Shown here in pieces: positions 55,229 through 64,000 of a DNA stretch of 64,000 nt. Numbering within the stretch: the first letter of the stretch is position 1; each line of letters starts with the position of its first letter. This stretch comes from an uncultured Anaerolineaceae bacterium (GTDB taxonomy: Bacteria > Chloroflexota > Anaerolineae > Anaerolineales > E44-bin32): positions 761 through 64,760 of the forward strand of contig CAYYVY010000006.1 of NCBI GenBank assembly GCA_964475265.1, given 5' to 3'. The position numbers and the translations under genes are program-made. The notes under the pieces are model-generated. The model did not search any database. It saw nothing but the letters and a program-made list of their open reading frames with translations, and had not been told where the DNA came from.

Positions 55229-56923
55229 TTATTCGATGGACATAATGATTTGATAGTGGGGTTGACAGCCCTCAACGACTTCTATTTCCTGATCCGTATA
55301 AATCTGGCGCAGATTGTCGGCGATGTCGTTCGCCTGCCTGGCATTGAGATCTGCACCGTAGTAGAAGGTTATCAGTTCCATCTCTCCCGCTTTGGCAAGC
55401 GCGAGCACATCCTTGGCGACCTGCTCAATGTCATCGCCCGATACGGTGAGACGACCGTTTAATAGTGCGATGATATGGCCTTCTTCGACCTGCACGCCGT
55501 CGATTTCGACGGATCGCGTCGCCGTAGTGATCTCGATACATTGGACGTCCTCTAGTGCGGCTGTCATTGCCTCGACGATTTTTTCGAAGTCACCTTGCTT
55601 ATTGAAGGCGAATAATGCGGAAATCCCTTGCGGCACCGATACGCTGGGTATGACGGCGACCTGCTTCACGGTCAGATCGATAACTTGCTTTGCGGCCAGG
55701 ACGACATTCTTGTTGTTGGGAAGAATGATGACTTTGTCGGTGGGGAGATTCTCGAAAGCGTTGAGGATTTCTTGTGTGCTGGGATTCATCGTCTGCCCGC
55801 CTTCGACGATCGAGGTAACGCCAAGGCTGGCGAAAACGCGGGCAATTCCGATCCCGGGCGCTACAACGATTGTCGCAATGTCTCCCGGTTGAATCGCCTC
55901 GAGTTGGATGTTATCCAAGGCTTGTTTTGAAGATTGCGCCGCCATCTGTGCCATTAAATTCTCGATGGCGACGTTGGTGATCGTTCCCAGCGTCTTCACG
56001 TATTCGATCGGTTCGTACTCCGTCTTGTCCGGCACGTGGATGTGCATCCGCATGATACCGTCACCTTCACCGACCTGGATCGAAGTGCCCAGCGTTTCGA
56101 GGTGGTTGTAAAAATCCTGTATGTTCAGCGTGGCTTCAGGCTGGAAGTCGATCACCACTTCCCAATCCTGTCCCGGTTCGATCGCTTCGGAGGCGTTGTC
56201 CAGATTGAGCGAACTCAGGGGTTGGACGCCGACCACGGGTTGATCGAGGGGCAGGGAATACACCGCGCGCAGCATGCCCTCGAGAATGAGGAACAAACCC
56301 ATACCACCGCTATCGACCACACCGGCCTCTTTCAGAACGGGAAGCAACTCCGGTGTTCTTTGGACAGATTCATCAGCCGCAACGACGATGCGCTCTAGCA
56401 GCTCGTATGCGGAATGCGTCCCATTCTTCACGGCCTTCTCCGCTTCGTCGGCAATGTCTTTCGTGACTGTAAGAATGGTTCCTTCGACCGGACGAACGAC
56501 CCCCTTGTAGGCGGTTTCCCGCGCCTCGGAAAGTGCCGCTGCCATGTTTCCGACATCCATCTTCTCCAGATCGTCCAGTACACGGGAAAAACCTCGCCAG
56601 ATCTGGGAGAGAATGACGCCGGAATTGCCGCGTGCGCCCATTAAAGCCCCATGCGCGATCGAGTGAGCTACCTGGCCGATCGAGCGATTGGTTTCCTTGG
56701 AGGTCTCATCCATGGCGGATTGCATGGTCAGTACCATGTTGGTGCCTGTATCTCCATCAGGCACGGGGAATACGTTGAGAGAGTTAACCAGCTGCTGATT
56801 GGTGCGCAGCCATGTTAGTCCAGCGGCTGTTAGTCGACGCAGCATGTTTCCGTCGACGGTTTTATACCGTCCGATCAAGCGTTGGCGGTCTGATTCGTCA
56901 ATCTGCGGGATCACATCGCTCAT
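55229..56923 (-). CDS. DAK2-domain protein YloV/FakA-like (fatty acid kinase ATP-binding subunit)
   Basis: 564 aa with NVFPVPDGDTGTNM (Dak2 motif) and a YloV-type C-terminal domain. It lies between asp23 and two degV genes. Confidence 0.85.
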   Translation of the reverse strand: MSDVIPQIDESDRQRLIGRYKTVDGNMLRRLTAAGLTWLRTNQQLVNSLNVFPVPDGDTGTNMVLTMQSAMDETSKETNRSIGQVAHSIAHGALMGARGNSGVILSQIWRGFSRVLDDLEKMDVGNMAAALSEARETAYKGVVRPVEGTILTVTKDIADEAEKAVKNGTHSAYELLERIVVAADESVQRTPELLPVLKEAGVVDSGGMGLFLILEGMLRAVYSLPLDQPVVGVQPLSSLNLDNASEAIEPGQDWEVVIDFQPEATLNIQDFYNHLETLGTSIQVGEGDGIMRMHIHVPDKTEYEPIEYVKTLGTITNVAIENLMAQMAAQSSKQALDNIQLEAIQPGDIATIVVAPGIGIARVFASLGVTSIVEGGQTMNPSTQEILNAFENLPTDKVIILPNNKNVVLAAKQVIDLTVKQVAVIPSVSVPQGISALFAFNKQGDFEKIVEAMTAALEDVQCIEITTATRSVEIDGVQVEEGHIIALLNGRLTVSGDDIEQVAKDVLALAKAGEMELITFYYGADLNARQANDIADNLRQIYTDQEIEVVEGCQPHYQIIMSIE

Positions 56924-56944
56924 CGTCTACCTGTCCTCAGTCGA

Positions 56945-57301
56945 TCAGTCTGTATCGCTGACACGCAGATCCTGCACGTGTACGTTTACTGCAGACACCG
57001 GCATGCCAATCGCTCGTTCGACTTGAAAGCGCACGGCGTTGGCGACGCTTCCAGCAACGGAGGAGATGCGTGTGCCGTACTCGACAATCACGAAAAGGTC
57101 GATCGATATGTGGTCCTCGTACGCGTTGACATCGACGCCGTGGCTAGGATCGCGTGCGATCACGTTGGCGATGCCGTCCACAAAGTTTTTGGAAGACATC
57201 CCGACCACACCGTAGGACTGAAGCGCAGCTTGTGATGCGATTGTGGCGATTGCCCTTGGGGCGATCGTGATTCGTCCCAAATACGTTGTTTCACCGGTCA
57301 T
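56945..57301 (-). CDS. Asp23/Gls24-family protein (YloU-like)
   Basis: Starts MTGETTYLGRITIAPRAIATIASQAALQSYGVVGM, typical of Asp23. I prefer the start at 57301. Confidence 0.85.
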   Translation of the reverse strand: MTGETTYLGRITIAPRAIATIASQAALQSYGVVGMSSKNFVDGIANVIARDPSHGVDVNAYEDHISIDLFVIVEYGTRISSVAGSVANAVRFQVERAIGMPVSAVNVHVQDLRVSDTD

Positions 57302-57407
57302 ATATTTTTGCCTCCGAGGTGGCAGCAATCAATTGATACATCCATAATCATGTGGTAAGATTTGTGCCGCTGGAGTGGATTGTCAACTCCTTTAGAAAGG
57401 GTATCTG

Positions 57408-57587
57408 ATGGCTAAGTGTGAAAATTGCGGCAAGACGACGGCATTCGGACACAACCGTAGCTTCTCCATGAAGGCTACGAAACGCACTTTTCGACCGAAC
57501 CTGCAAAAAATCCGCGTTGTTGAAAACGGTCGTTTGGTGCAGAAAACGCTGTGTACGAAATGTATAAAACGCCTCGCTCGGGTCTGA
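57408..57587 (+). CDS. rpmB: 50S ribosomal protein L28
   Basis: My own translation gives MAKCENCGKTTAFGHNRSFSMKATKRTFRPNLQKIRVVENGRLVQKTLCTKCIKRLARV (59 aa, below the track cut-off). It is divergent from the asp23-yloV operon, as in Firmicutes. Confidence 0.9.
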   Translation: MAKCENCGKTTAFGHNRSFSMKATKRTFRPNLQKIRVVENGRLVQKTLCTKCIKRLARV

Positions 57588-57612
57588 TCTCGAAAATCAT
57601 ACTTCTATTGAT

Positions 57613-57930
57613 TTAAACCCATACTTCGACCGCCGCCTCGGCGGTCTTTTCCATTAATTTAACCCGAAAATTCCCAATTGGCTTCGAATTCAAGCGATCC
57701 TTCAGTGAATCACCATCGTAAACGCGAATAAGGAATCCTGCGGTGTACATCGATCTCTTTTCAATCTGTTTGAACGGCTGTGTAGATTTGCGCCCGGGTT
57801 TAAGAAAGCGCCAAAGGGTCGGTATGGATGGATAACCCTTAAATGTGTACGCAATCATACCTTCTCGAACCCCGCTTGACAAGCTGAATTGGCGGACATC
57901 CATTTCCGAGGCGACGGAGGTTTGAATCAT
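57613..57930 (-). CDS. doubtful hypothetical ORF downstream of rlmN
   Basis: This is the only sizeable ORF in the 390-nt gap. The start at 57930 avoids overlap with rlmN. I see no recognisable motif, and its 3' end is encoded by the rpmB terminator hairpin. Confidence 0.3.
   Translation of the reverse strand: MIQTSVASEMDVRQFSLSSGVREGMIAYTFKGYPSIPTLWRFLKPGRKSTQPFKQIEKRSMYTAGFLIRVYDGDSLKDRLNSKPIGNFRVKLMEKTAEAAVEVWV
57628..57650 (+). terminator. intrinsic terminator after rpmB
   Basis: The stem GACCGCCG/CGGCGGTC is 8 bp with a 3-nt loop, followed by TTTT. It lies 40 nt after the rpmB stop. Confidence 0.75.
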
Positions 57931-57979
57931 GCTCTTCGCAGAGCGATTCGGCAGCGCGCTGAATTTGTGTCGAGAAAAT

Positions 57980-59029
57980 TCATGATGCCGTGCTCTTTTC
58001 AGTCGCCAGCTGGCCACAACCAGCCTGGATCTTAATCCCGCGGCGTAAGCGCATCGTCGCAGAGATCCCGCGGCTGGAGAGTCTTCCTAGAAAGATATCA
58101 GCGGCCTTCCTGGACGTCGCATCTCCATTAAAATCCGGAGTTGGATTGAGGGGAATGAGATTTACATGGCAATTCATATCGTGGATGAGTTCGGCAAGTG
58201 CATCCGCCTGATCCAGACCGTCGTTTACCTCCCGAATCAACGCCCATTCAAAGGTGATCCGCCGGCCAGATTTACGGACGTATTCCTTGCAAGCAGGGAT
58301 GAGAACTTCTAACGGATAGCGACGATTGACCGGCAGTAATTGGTCGCGCAACGAATTTGTGGCCGCATGCAGAGACACGGCCAGGTTGAACTGCCAACCT
58401 TCCTGGGTGAAACGTTCAATCCCCGCCACCAAACCGACGGTCGAGACCGTAAACCGTCTGACACCGAGATTGAATCCCTCCGCATGGTTGAGCCGCGAAA
58501 GTGCCTCCAGAACCGCGTCATAATTGTGAAAGGGCTCTCCCATACCCATCACAACGACATTGGTGACCTGTTTCCCTTGTTTGGCGAGCTGATCGGCAAA
58601 ACGCATGACCTGTTCAACGATCTCTCCACTGCTCAGGTTTCTGCCATATCCCATTTGCCCGGTGGCGCAGAACTCGCAGCCCATGGCACAGCCGACTTGT
58701 GAGGAAATACAAACTGTGTTGCGTTTCTCGTAATGCATGAGAACGGCTTCCACTTTTAGTCCATCGGAAAGTGTAAATAGTGTCTTTTGCGTGCTGCCGT
58801 CCTCGGAGTGTTCTCTCGCCGATTCGCTCAAATTCTTGAAGGAAAAATGATCCTTGATTTGCGCTCTCAGACCGGTGGATAAATCAGTCAGTGAGTCAGG
58901 CTCCGTGACCCTGCGCTGGTAGACGCCATGCCAGATCTGCCGGGCGCGGTAGGGTGGTTCTCCCCATCGGGCGAGGTAGTTTGTGAGTTCATCCAGGGAA
59001 AGATCAAAGATCGACGTTTGCGTACTCAT
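57980..59029 (-). CDS. rlmN: 23S rRNA/tRNA (adenine-C2)-methyltransferase RlmN (radical SAM)
   Basis: Has the CAMGCEFCATG radical-SAM cluster motif, the GMGEP motif and a C-terminal catalytic Cys context (AGCGQL). Confidence 0.9.
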   Translation of the reverse strand: MSTQTSIFDLSLDELTNYLARWGEPPYRARQIWHGVYQRRVTEPDSLTDLSTGLRAQIKDHFSFKNLSESAREHSEDGSTQKTLFTLSDGLKVEAVLMHYEKRNTVCISSQVGCAMGCEFCATGQMGYGRNLSSGEIVEQVMRFADQLAKQGKQVTNVVVMGMGEPFHNYDAVLEALSRLNHAEGFNLGVRRFTVSTVGLVAGIERFTQEGWQFNLAVSLHAATNSLRDQLLPVNRRYPLEVLIPACKEYVRKSGRRITFEWALIREVNDGLDQADALAELIHDMNCHVNLIPLNPTPDFNGDATSRKAADIFLGRLSSRGISATMRLRRGIKIQAGCGQLATEKSTAS

Positions 59030-59835
59030 GACGCCGCTACGGATAACTCTGCGGTGAGTGCTATGAGGTCTTCGAAAACCCAGTCCGGCTGGATCGAAGC
59101 GTCTTCAAGGTCGTGGCGAGAAGTCACACCCGTGAGCAGCAGCGCCGTGGCTAGACCTGCGTTCTTGCCTCCCAGGATATCCGTGTCGAGTCTGTCACCG
59201 AGTACCAGCGTCTCACTTGCCTGTGTGCCCAATTTGCGCAGCGCAAGCCGGAAAAGGTGGGTCTCAGGTTTTCCGATAATCAGGGGCGCTATACCTGTGG
59301 CGGCTTGAAGCGCAGCGAGCAGGGCGCCGTTTCCGATCGCAATTCCGCGTTCCGTCGGAATGCTCGGATCGGGATTGGTACCGATGAACACGGCGCCGGC
59401 CTGGAGGGCATAGGCCGCTTCCGACAGTTTCCGCCAGGAAGCTTCCCGATCTAAACCGACGACGACAGCGTTTGCACCGTTCGCTCCTTCGCAGATTTCG
59501 AAACCCGCGGAAAGGATCGCCTGTCTCAACGCGGGTTCACCGACCACGAAGACCTTTCCATCTCGATCGACATTCTGGCGTAGATAATCCGCTGCCGCCA
59601 TTGCCGAGGTGATCACCTGACTTGGGGGGATATGCACGCCAGCATCGCCAAGCCGATTTACGAGCAATTCCGGCGTCGTCGTAGCATTGTTGGTTGCAAC
59701 GACGAAGTCAAGTTTACGCGTGTCAAGCATGGTGAAGAATTCGGAGAGTCCCGGTAGGGGAGTAGAGCCACGCACCAGGACACCGTCCATATCGATGATC
59801 AAGGCGCGGATTTGATCCAATGTCGTCACATGCAT
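59026..59835 (-). CDS. HAD-IIA family hydrolase (NagD-like)
   Basis: Carries the IIDMDGVL motif I, ATNN, and GDRLDTDILGG motif IV. It overlaps the rlmN start by 4 nt. Confidence 0.8.
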   Translation of the reverse strand: MHVTTLDQIRALIIDMDGVLVRGSTPLPGLSEFFTMLDTRKLDFVVATNNATTTPELLVNRLGDAGVHIPPSQVITSAMAAADYLRQNVDRDGKVFVVGEPALRQAILSAGFEICEGANGANAVVVGLDREASWRKLSEAAYALQAGAVFIGTNPDPSIPTERGIAIGNGALLAALQAATGIAPLIIGKPETHLFRLALRKLGTQASETLVLGDRLDTDILGGKNAGLATALLLTGVTSRHDLEDASIQPDWVFEDLIALTAELSVAAS

Positions 59836-60000
59836 CCTTTCGGTAATTCGCCAGGGTCGTCAAGCTCGGTCGGATTGACCGCTTCAGAGATCATTATAAT
59901 GGCTTCCGGATTTTCATGGGGTCACGCACGAACGGAGATCGGGATTCGCGCGCCGATGCTGTCCATCGACTCATGCTTGTGACAGAGAGGGAAAGGGGGA

Positions 60001-60873
60001 TTATGCGCTGAATTTTTGTACGAGATAATCGAACACGGGCTGGTCGATTCGACCGGCTTTGAAATCCGTGCGGTCTTCGAAATTTTCGTTCCCGATGAAA
60101 CTCCGCAGGGACTTTTCGGTTTCTTCGTCGAACTCGCCATGAATTGGGCCCGTGTAGTAGCTCTGCCGCTGCATGATCTCCTGCAGCGTTTTCGCCACAT
60201 CTCCCGCGATTTGGAGCTCGTCTTCTTGGGCGCTTTTGCCGAAATACAGTCGATGCAGATTCAGCAACGCCGCCAATTGGGGAACCGGGTCGATATGGTC
60301 ATCCACACGGTAGTCAATCCAACGATCATTCATGCCGCCGTAGCCGCCTTCGGGTTTGACAACATAAAGCGCAGCGCTCTGCCGTCCCCGCCGGTCGCCG
60401 CCAGCGCGATCTCCGGCGAGCAGCGCGTTAAGCAAGCGTTCGGGGAAATCGCCCTCGAATTCTTGATATGCCCGGACCATTGCATCGACGGTTTCCGGGC
60501 CGGTAAGGATGTTCCCCTGGATGGCATAATGCTCGCCAATACGTCCGCCAGCCCAAGCATGGCAGTCGTCTCCTGTGAAAGTGGCCGCCTCACCACGCGC
60601 GTCGATCAGGCCAACTTGACGTAATTCTCGTTCCTCATCGTCTTTCAGCAACCGCTCGAGGGCTTCGCCCGCACGCAAACCTTCTTCCATCAAAGCCAGC
60701 CCCCGGGGTCCATACGTCGTATTGGCGTACGACTGCGTGGCGACGGCACCTACACTGGCTTTCGCCCAGGGAACCACGGCGCCCACTGCGGGGAATTTCG
60801 ATGCTACTGCGACTCCCCAAGCGGGCACGCTGGGGTCAAATGCCACGATGGAAAACGTAGACAATTTCGTCAA
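60001..60873 (-). CDS. DUF1028-family (Ntn-hydrolase-like) protein with a C-terminal peptidoglycan-binding-like repeat
   Basis: The N-terminus is MTKLSTFSIVAFDPSVPAWGVAVASKF (DUF1028 type). The C-terminus LQEIMQRQSYYTGPIHGEFDEETEKSLRSFIGNEN resembles a PG_binding_1 helix bundle. Confidence 0.7.
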   Translation of the reverse strand: MTKLSTFSIVAFDPSVPAWGVAVASKFPAVGAVVPWAKASVGAVATQSYANTTYGPRGLALMEEGLRAGEALERLLKDDEERELRQVGLIDARGEAATFTGDDCHAWAGGRIGEHYAIQGNILTGPETVDAMVRAYQEFEGDFPERLLNALLAGDRAGGDRRGRQSAALYVVKPEGGYGGMNDRWIDYRVDDHIDPVPQLAALLNLHRLYFGKSAQEDELQIAGDVAKTLQEIMQRQSYYTGPIHGEFDEETEKSLRSFIGNENFEDRTDFKAGRIDQPVFDYLVQKFSA

Positions 60874-60899
60874 GTAATGTTTCCTGGACTCGTGAAGAA

Positions 60900-62201
60900 C
60901 TAGGCGGCGTCAGGCAGAGTTTCATCGAGATAGGCAAGTTCCTTGCCTTTCTCGTCATGCAGCTGGGGTTTGCTATCGCCGCGTATTGCATCGGCATCTA
61001 CGGTTACTCTGCGTATTTCAGGACGTGAGGGGATTTCATACATCACATCGAGTAAAGCGCCTTCGATCGTGGAACGCAGCCCACGGGCGCCCGTCTCGTG
61101 TTCCATGGCCAACTGGGCTGCGGCTGCCAAGGATTCTTCATCGAATTGGAGTTCAACGTTATCCATTTCGAAGAGACGCTGGTATTGGCGCACGAGTGCG
61201 TTTTTAGGTTCGGTCAGAATCGCACGCAAGGCTTGGATGTCGAGCGGATCGATGCTGATCGCAACGGGGAGACGGCCGACGAGTTCCGGGATCATCCCAT
61301 AGCGCATGAGATCGTCGGGCGTAATGTAGCGCAGCAGTTGACTTTCTTGCGCCTCGATCGTTTTTGTGTCTGTTACCGTACCCGTGAAGCCCAGGCGGCC
61401 TCGTCGTCCCATACGCTCGGCGACGATCTGAGCCAGACCGTCGAACGTTCCCCCGCAGATGAACAGCACATCTATAGTGTTAACCTGGATGAATTCCTGC
61501 TGTGGGTGTTTTCTTCCACCCTGAGGAGGCACATTGACGGCGGCTCCCTCAATTATTTTCAACAGCGCTTGCTGAACGCCCTCTCCAGAAACGTCGCGTG
61601 TGATGCTGGGATTATCGCCGGTCTTGCGTGCCGTCTTGTCGATCTCGTCAATGTAGACGATGCCGCGCTCGGCGCGGGGAACGTTGAACTCCGCAGCTTG
61701 AAGAAGGCGAAGAAGGATGTTTTCGACGTCCTCCCCGACATATCCAGCTTCGGTGAGCGCCGTTGCGTCCGCAATGCAGAAGGGAACATCGAGGCTTTTT
61801 GCGAGTGTCTGGGCCAGCAACGTCTTTCCGCAGCCCGTAGGACCAACGAGAAGAATGTTGGCTTTTTCCAATTCGACGTCTGTACGGCCGCGGTGGGCGA
61901 TGCGTTTGTAGTGGTTGTATACGGCAACCGAGAGGACGCGTTTCGCAGGGTCTTGACTAACGACGTATTCATCCAGTTTTGCGTAGATCTCTCGAGGAGA
62001 AAGTGGGGGTTTCGCTGATACCGCCGCGGCGCTGGACAGCGTGGGTCTTTCGTCCTGCAGGATGTCGCGACACAAGTCGACACATTCGTTGCAAATGAAG
62101 ACGCCCTCAGGTCCCGCGATCAATCGTTTGACTTCCGCTTCAACCCGACTGCAGAAGGAGCACTCACGGATTTCGGTTTCTGACGAGCGTCTTCGGGCCA
62201 T
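60900..62201 (-). CDS. clpX: ATP-dependent Clp protease ATP-binding subunit ClpX
   Basis: Has an N-terminal zinc finger (CSFC...CNEC), Walker A GPTGCGKT and the GYVGEDV pore loop. Confidence 0.95.
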   Translation of the reverse strand: MARRRSSETEIRECSFCSRVEAEVKRLIAGPEGVFICNECVDLCRDILQDERPTLSSAAAVSAKPPLSPREIYAKLDEYVVSQDPAKRVLSVAVYNHYKRIAHRGRTDVELEKANILLVGPTGCGKTLLAQTLAKSLDVPFCIADATALTEAGYVGEDVENILLRLLQAAEFNVPRAERGIVYIDEIDKTARKTGDNPSITRDVSGEGVQQALLKIIEGAAVNVPPQGGRKHPQQEFIQVNTIDVLFICGGTFDGLAQIVAERMGRRGRLGFTGTVTDTKTIEAQESQLLRYITPDDLMRYGMIPELVGRLPVAISIDPLDIQALRAILTEPKNALVRQYQRLFEMDNVELQFDEESLAAAAQLAMEHETGARGLRSTIEGALLDVMYEIPSRPEIRRVTVDADAIRGDSKPQLHDEKGKELAYLDETLPDAA

Positions 62202-62207
62202 CGACCT

Positions 62208-62849
62208 CTATTTACTTTCCTTTTTCTTTTTATCCGCCGATTCTTTTTCATCGGAGGGGTACAGCACATGATCAATGATGCCGTATTTTTGGGCAGCATC
62301 CCCGTCCATGTAAAAATCGCGTTCCGTGTCGGACTCGATCATATCCAAGGACTGACCCGTGTGCTTTGAAAGTATAGTATTCAATTTTTCCCGCAGGCGC
62401 AAGATTTCTTTGGCTTGAATCTCGATGTCGGTCGCTTGTCCCTGCACGCCGCCCAAAGGCTGATGCAGGTGAATCGTCGCGTGGGGCAAAGCATAACGCA
62501 TGCCTTTGGTGCCCGCAGTCAGGAGCACGGTCCCGAATGACGCCGTAACGCCGACGGCGACGGTCGATATCGGCGCCCGGACTTGCTGCATCGTGTCGTA
62601 GATCGCCAGACCGGCATAGATCCCACCCCCCGGAGAATTGATGTACATGTAGATTTGCCGCTCGGAATCTTCTCGATCGAGATACAGCAATTGGGCAATG
62701 ATCAGATTGGAAACCTGATCGTTAATCGGTGTTCCCAAGAAGATAATTCGTTCCCTCAGGAGCAGCGAGTAAATATCGTACGCTCGCTCCCCACGACCGG
62801 TGGGTTCGATTACCATGGGAATGGCTGATCTTGGATCGGAAATTTTCAT
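62208..62849 (-). CDS. clpP: ATP-dependent Clp protease proteolytic subunit ClpP
   Basis: Carries the catalytic contexts GVTASFG(T) and [15 protein letters not shown] prefer ATG 62849, 8 nt after GAGGG, over the overlapping GTG at 62864. Confidence 0.93.
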   Translation of the reverse strand: MKISDPRSAIPMVIEPTGRGERAYDIYSLLLRERIIFLGTPINDQVSNLIIAQLLYLDREDSERQIYMYINSPGGGIYAGLAIYDTMQQVRAPISTVAVGVTASFGTVLLTAGTKGMRYALPHATIHLHQPLGGVQGQATDIEIQAKEILRLREKLNTILSKHTGQSLDMIESDTERDFYMDGDAAQKYGIIDHVLYPSDEKESADKKKKESK

Positions 62850-62860
62850 TGTTTCTACCC

Positions 62861-64000
62861 TCACTCTTTTTCAGACGTTTCTTCCGTTTTGGATGACATT
62901 TCTTCGGATTTTGATTCACCCTTCGATTCTATTTTATCGCCTTCGCCCTTTGCGATGGCGATAATTCTTTGAAATGCTTTCTCGGTCAGCAGATCCAGCC
63001 GAATGCGGCGGCGCCCCTCTGGGTTGTCAATGACCTTACGGAATTCACCCGCACGTTCCTTGAAGGGCTGAACCATGCGTTCGATCTGCTCGTTAATTTC
63101 CTGCTCATCGATTTCCAGGCTTTCTTCTTCAACGATTTTACCCAATACGAGCGCCTTTAGCAGCCGGTTTTGAGCTTGCGGGAGCAGTTCCTCGCGTAAG
63201 TCGGCCAGCGTTTTCCCCTCGATCTTCAAGTAATCATCCAGAGCCATGTTCTGCGAAGCCAGGCTTTTACTCCATTCGGTGACCAATTCGTCGATTCCTT
63301 CTTCCAAAAGGATGGGCGGATATTCGAAATCGGCTTTTTCCACGAGGGCAGCCATGACTTCGTCTGTGTAAATTGAATTTGCTTCCTGCTGTGCCGATTG
63401 GAGGAGATTCTCACGCAGCTTCAAGCGCAGATCGAGCAGATCGTTGAATTCCCCCATGCTCTGGGCGAGATCGTCTGACCATTCTGGTATGAGGCGGGAT
63501 TTGACTTCCAAGCATTTGACATGAAACGTTGCAGCTCGTTTGCGCAGTGTCTCAACGGGGTATTCTTCTGGGAACACGGCTTCGAAATCGAGTTCCTTGT
63601 CCGCTTCGATGCCTACAAGATGCTCGGTGATGCCCAGGATCGGCCAGCGCGTATTCTCATTGAGAAGAATTTCTGTGCCTTTAATGTCCATAATGGCAGC
63701 ATCTTCACCTTCTTCGGGCGCCTTCAATTCGCTGGTCACGTCGACGATGACAACATCCGACATCTGCGCCGGGCGATTGGCGGGTTCGATCAATGCCCGG
63801 CTTTGCCGGATCTCCTCCAGGACTTTTTCGAATTCCTCGTCGCTGACTTCGGGTGCCTCGAAGGGAATACGGATCTTTTGATAATTGCCAAGTTCAACGT
63901 TGGGCTCCAACGGTACAGTGAAGCGCAGGACAAGAGGCTCCTGACTCACGATTTCTTCGAGAGTCCCCGGAGCGTAGGGATCAAGCTCAGATTCCTTGAT
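62861..64000 (-). CDS. tig: trigger factor, C-terminal ~380 codons (5' end outside the window)
   Basis: The reading frame stays open to the window edge (…[27 protein letters not shown]…). It shows trigger-factor PPIase and C-terminal arm patterns, and the tig-clpP-clpX order is classical. Confidence 0.85.
   Translation of the reverse strand: MKESELDPYAPGTLEEIVSQEPLVLRFTVPLEPNVELGNYQKIRIPFEAPEVSDEEFEKVLEEIRQSRALIEPANRPAQMSDVVIVDVTSELKAPEEGEDAAIMDIKGTEILLNENTRWPILGITEHLVGIEADKELDFEAVFPEEYPVETLRKRAATFHVKCLEVKSRLIPEWSDDLAQSMGEFNDLLDLRLKLRENLLQSAQQEANSIYTDEVMAALVEKADFEYPPILLEEGIDELVTEWSKSLASQNMALDDYLKIEGKTLADLREELLPQAQNRLLKALVLGKIVEEESLEIDEQEINEQIERMVQPFKERAGEFRKVIDNPEGRRRIRLDLLTEKAFQRIIAIAKGEGDKIESKGESKSEEMSSKTEETSEKE

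Overview
This 64-kb window looks like core chromosome from a monoderm-type bacterium. That guess rests on several things: a T-box leader, an FhaA/FhaB-SEDS-PBP cluster, the rpmB / yloU-yloV-degV-recG arrangement and a TtuA-type tRNA thiolase, which are Firmicutes/Actinobacteria/Chloroflexota-like. The taxon cannot be fixed without a database search. I support about 60 protein genes, tightly packed and often translationally coupled.

Gene content in order:
- gltX (5' part).
- A complete rod-shape/division cluster on the minus strand: mreB-mreC-mreD-mrdA-minC-minD-minE-rodA.
- tilS, then glnA behind a long structured leader.
- A minus-strand tRNA-modification operon: ThiS-like carrier, TtuA-like PP-loop thiolase, queF and a YhhQ-type preQ transporter, next to DUF1385 and an M20 peptidase.
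- An AT-rich accessory-looking island at about 16.5-21.6 kb.
- A TolB-like/M23 pair, a degenerate ProRS paralogue, an MBL hydrolase and RNase H.
- A T-box (probable Ile specifier) leading alaX-like-ileS-lspA-rluD-ltaE, then tyrS.
- rtcB-archease.
- Three FHA proteins, mtnP and a SEDS-PBP fusion with a dead transpeptidase motif set.
- ffh-rpsP-KH-rimM, a Roadblock/LC7 protein, pyrG, coaD and recG.
- fakB-fakB-fakA-asp23 divergent from rpmB.
- rlmN, a HAD hydrolase, DUF1028 and clpX-clpP-tig (partial).

I found no rRNA, tRNA, CRISPR, transposase, integrase or phage genes.

The best candidate for an undescribed system is the island at 16789-21600. It holds an unknown 121-aa protein coupled to a permuted STAND(P-loop)-TPR-SARP regulator. 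Helically phased GTTGA repeats and a -10 box follow. Downstream lie a 16-codon Gly-rich micro-ORF with its own SD and terminator, an NHLP-like helical protein and an ImmA/IrrE-like protein lacking HExxH.

All calls come from reading the sequence and the ORF track. No searches or computations were run.
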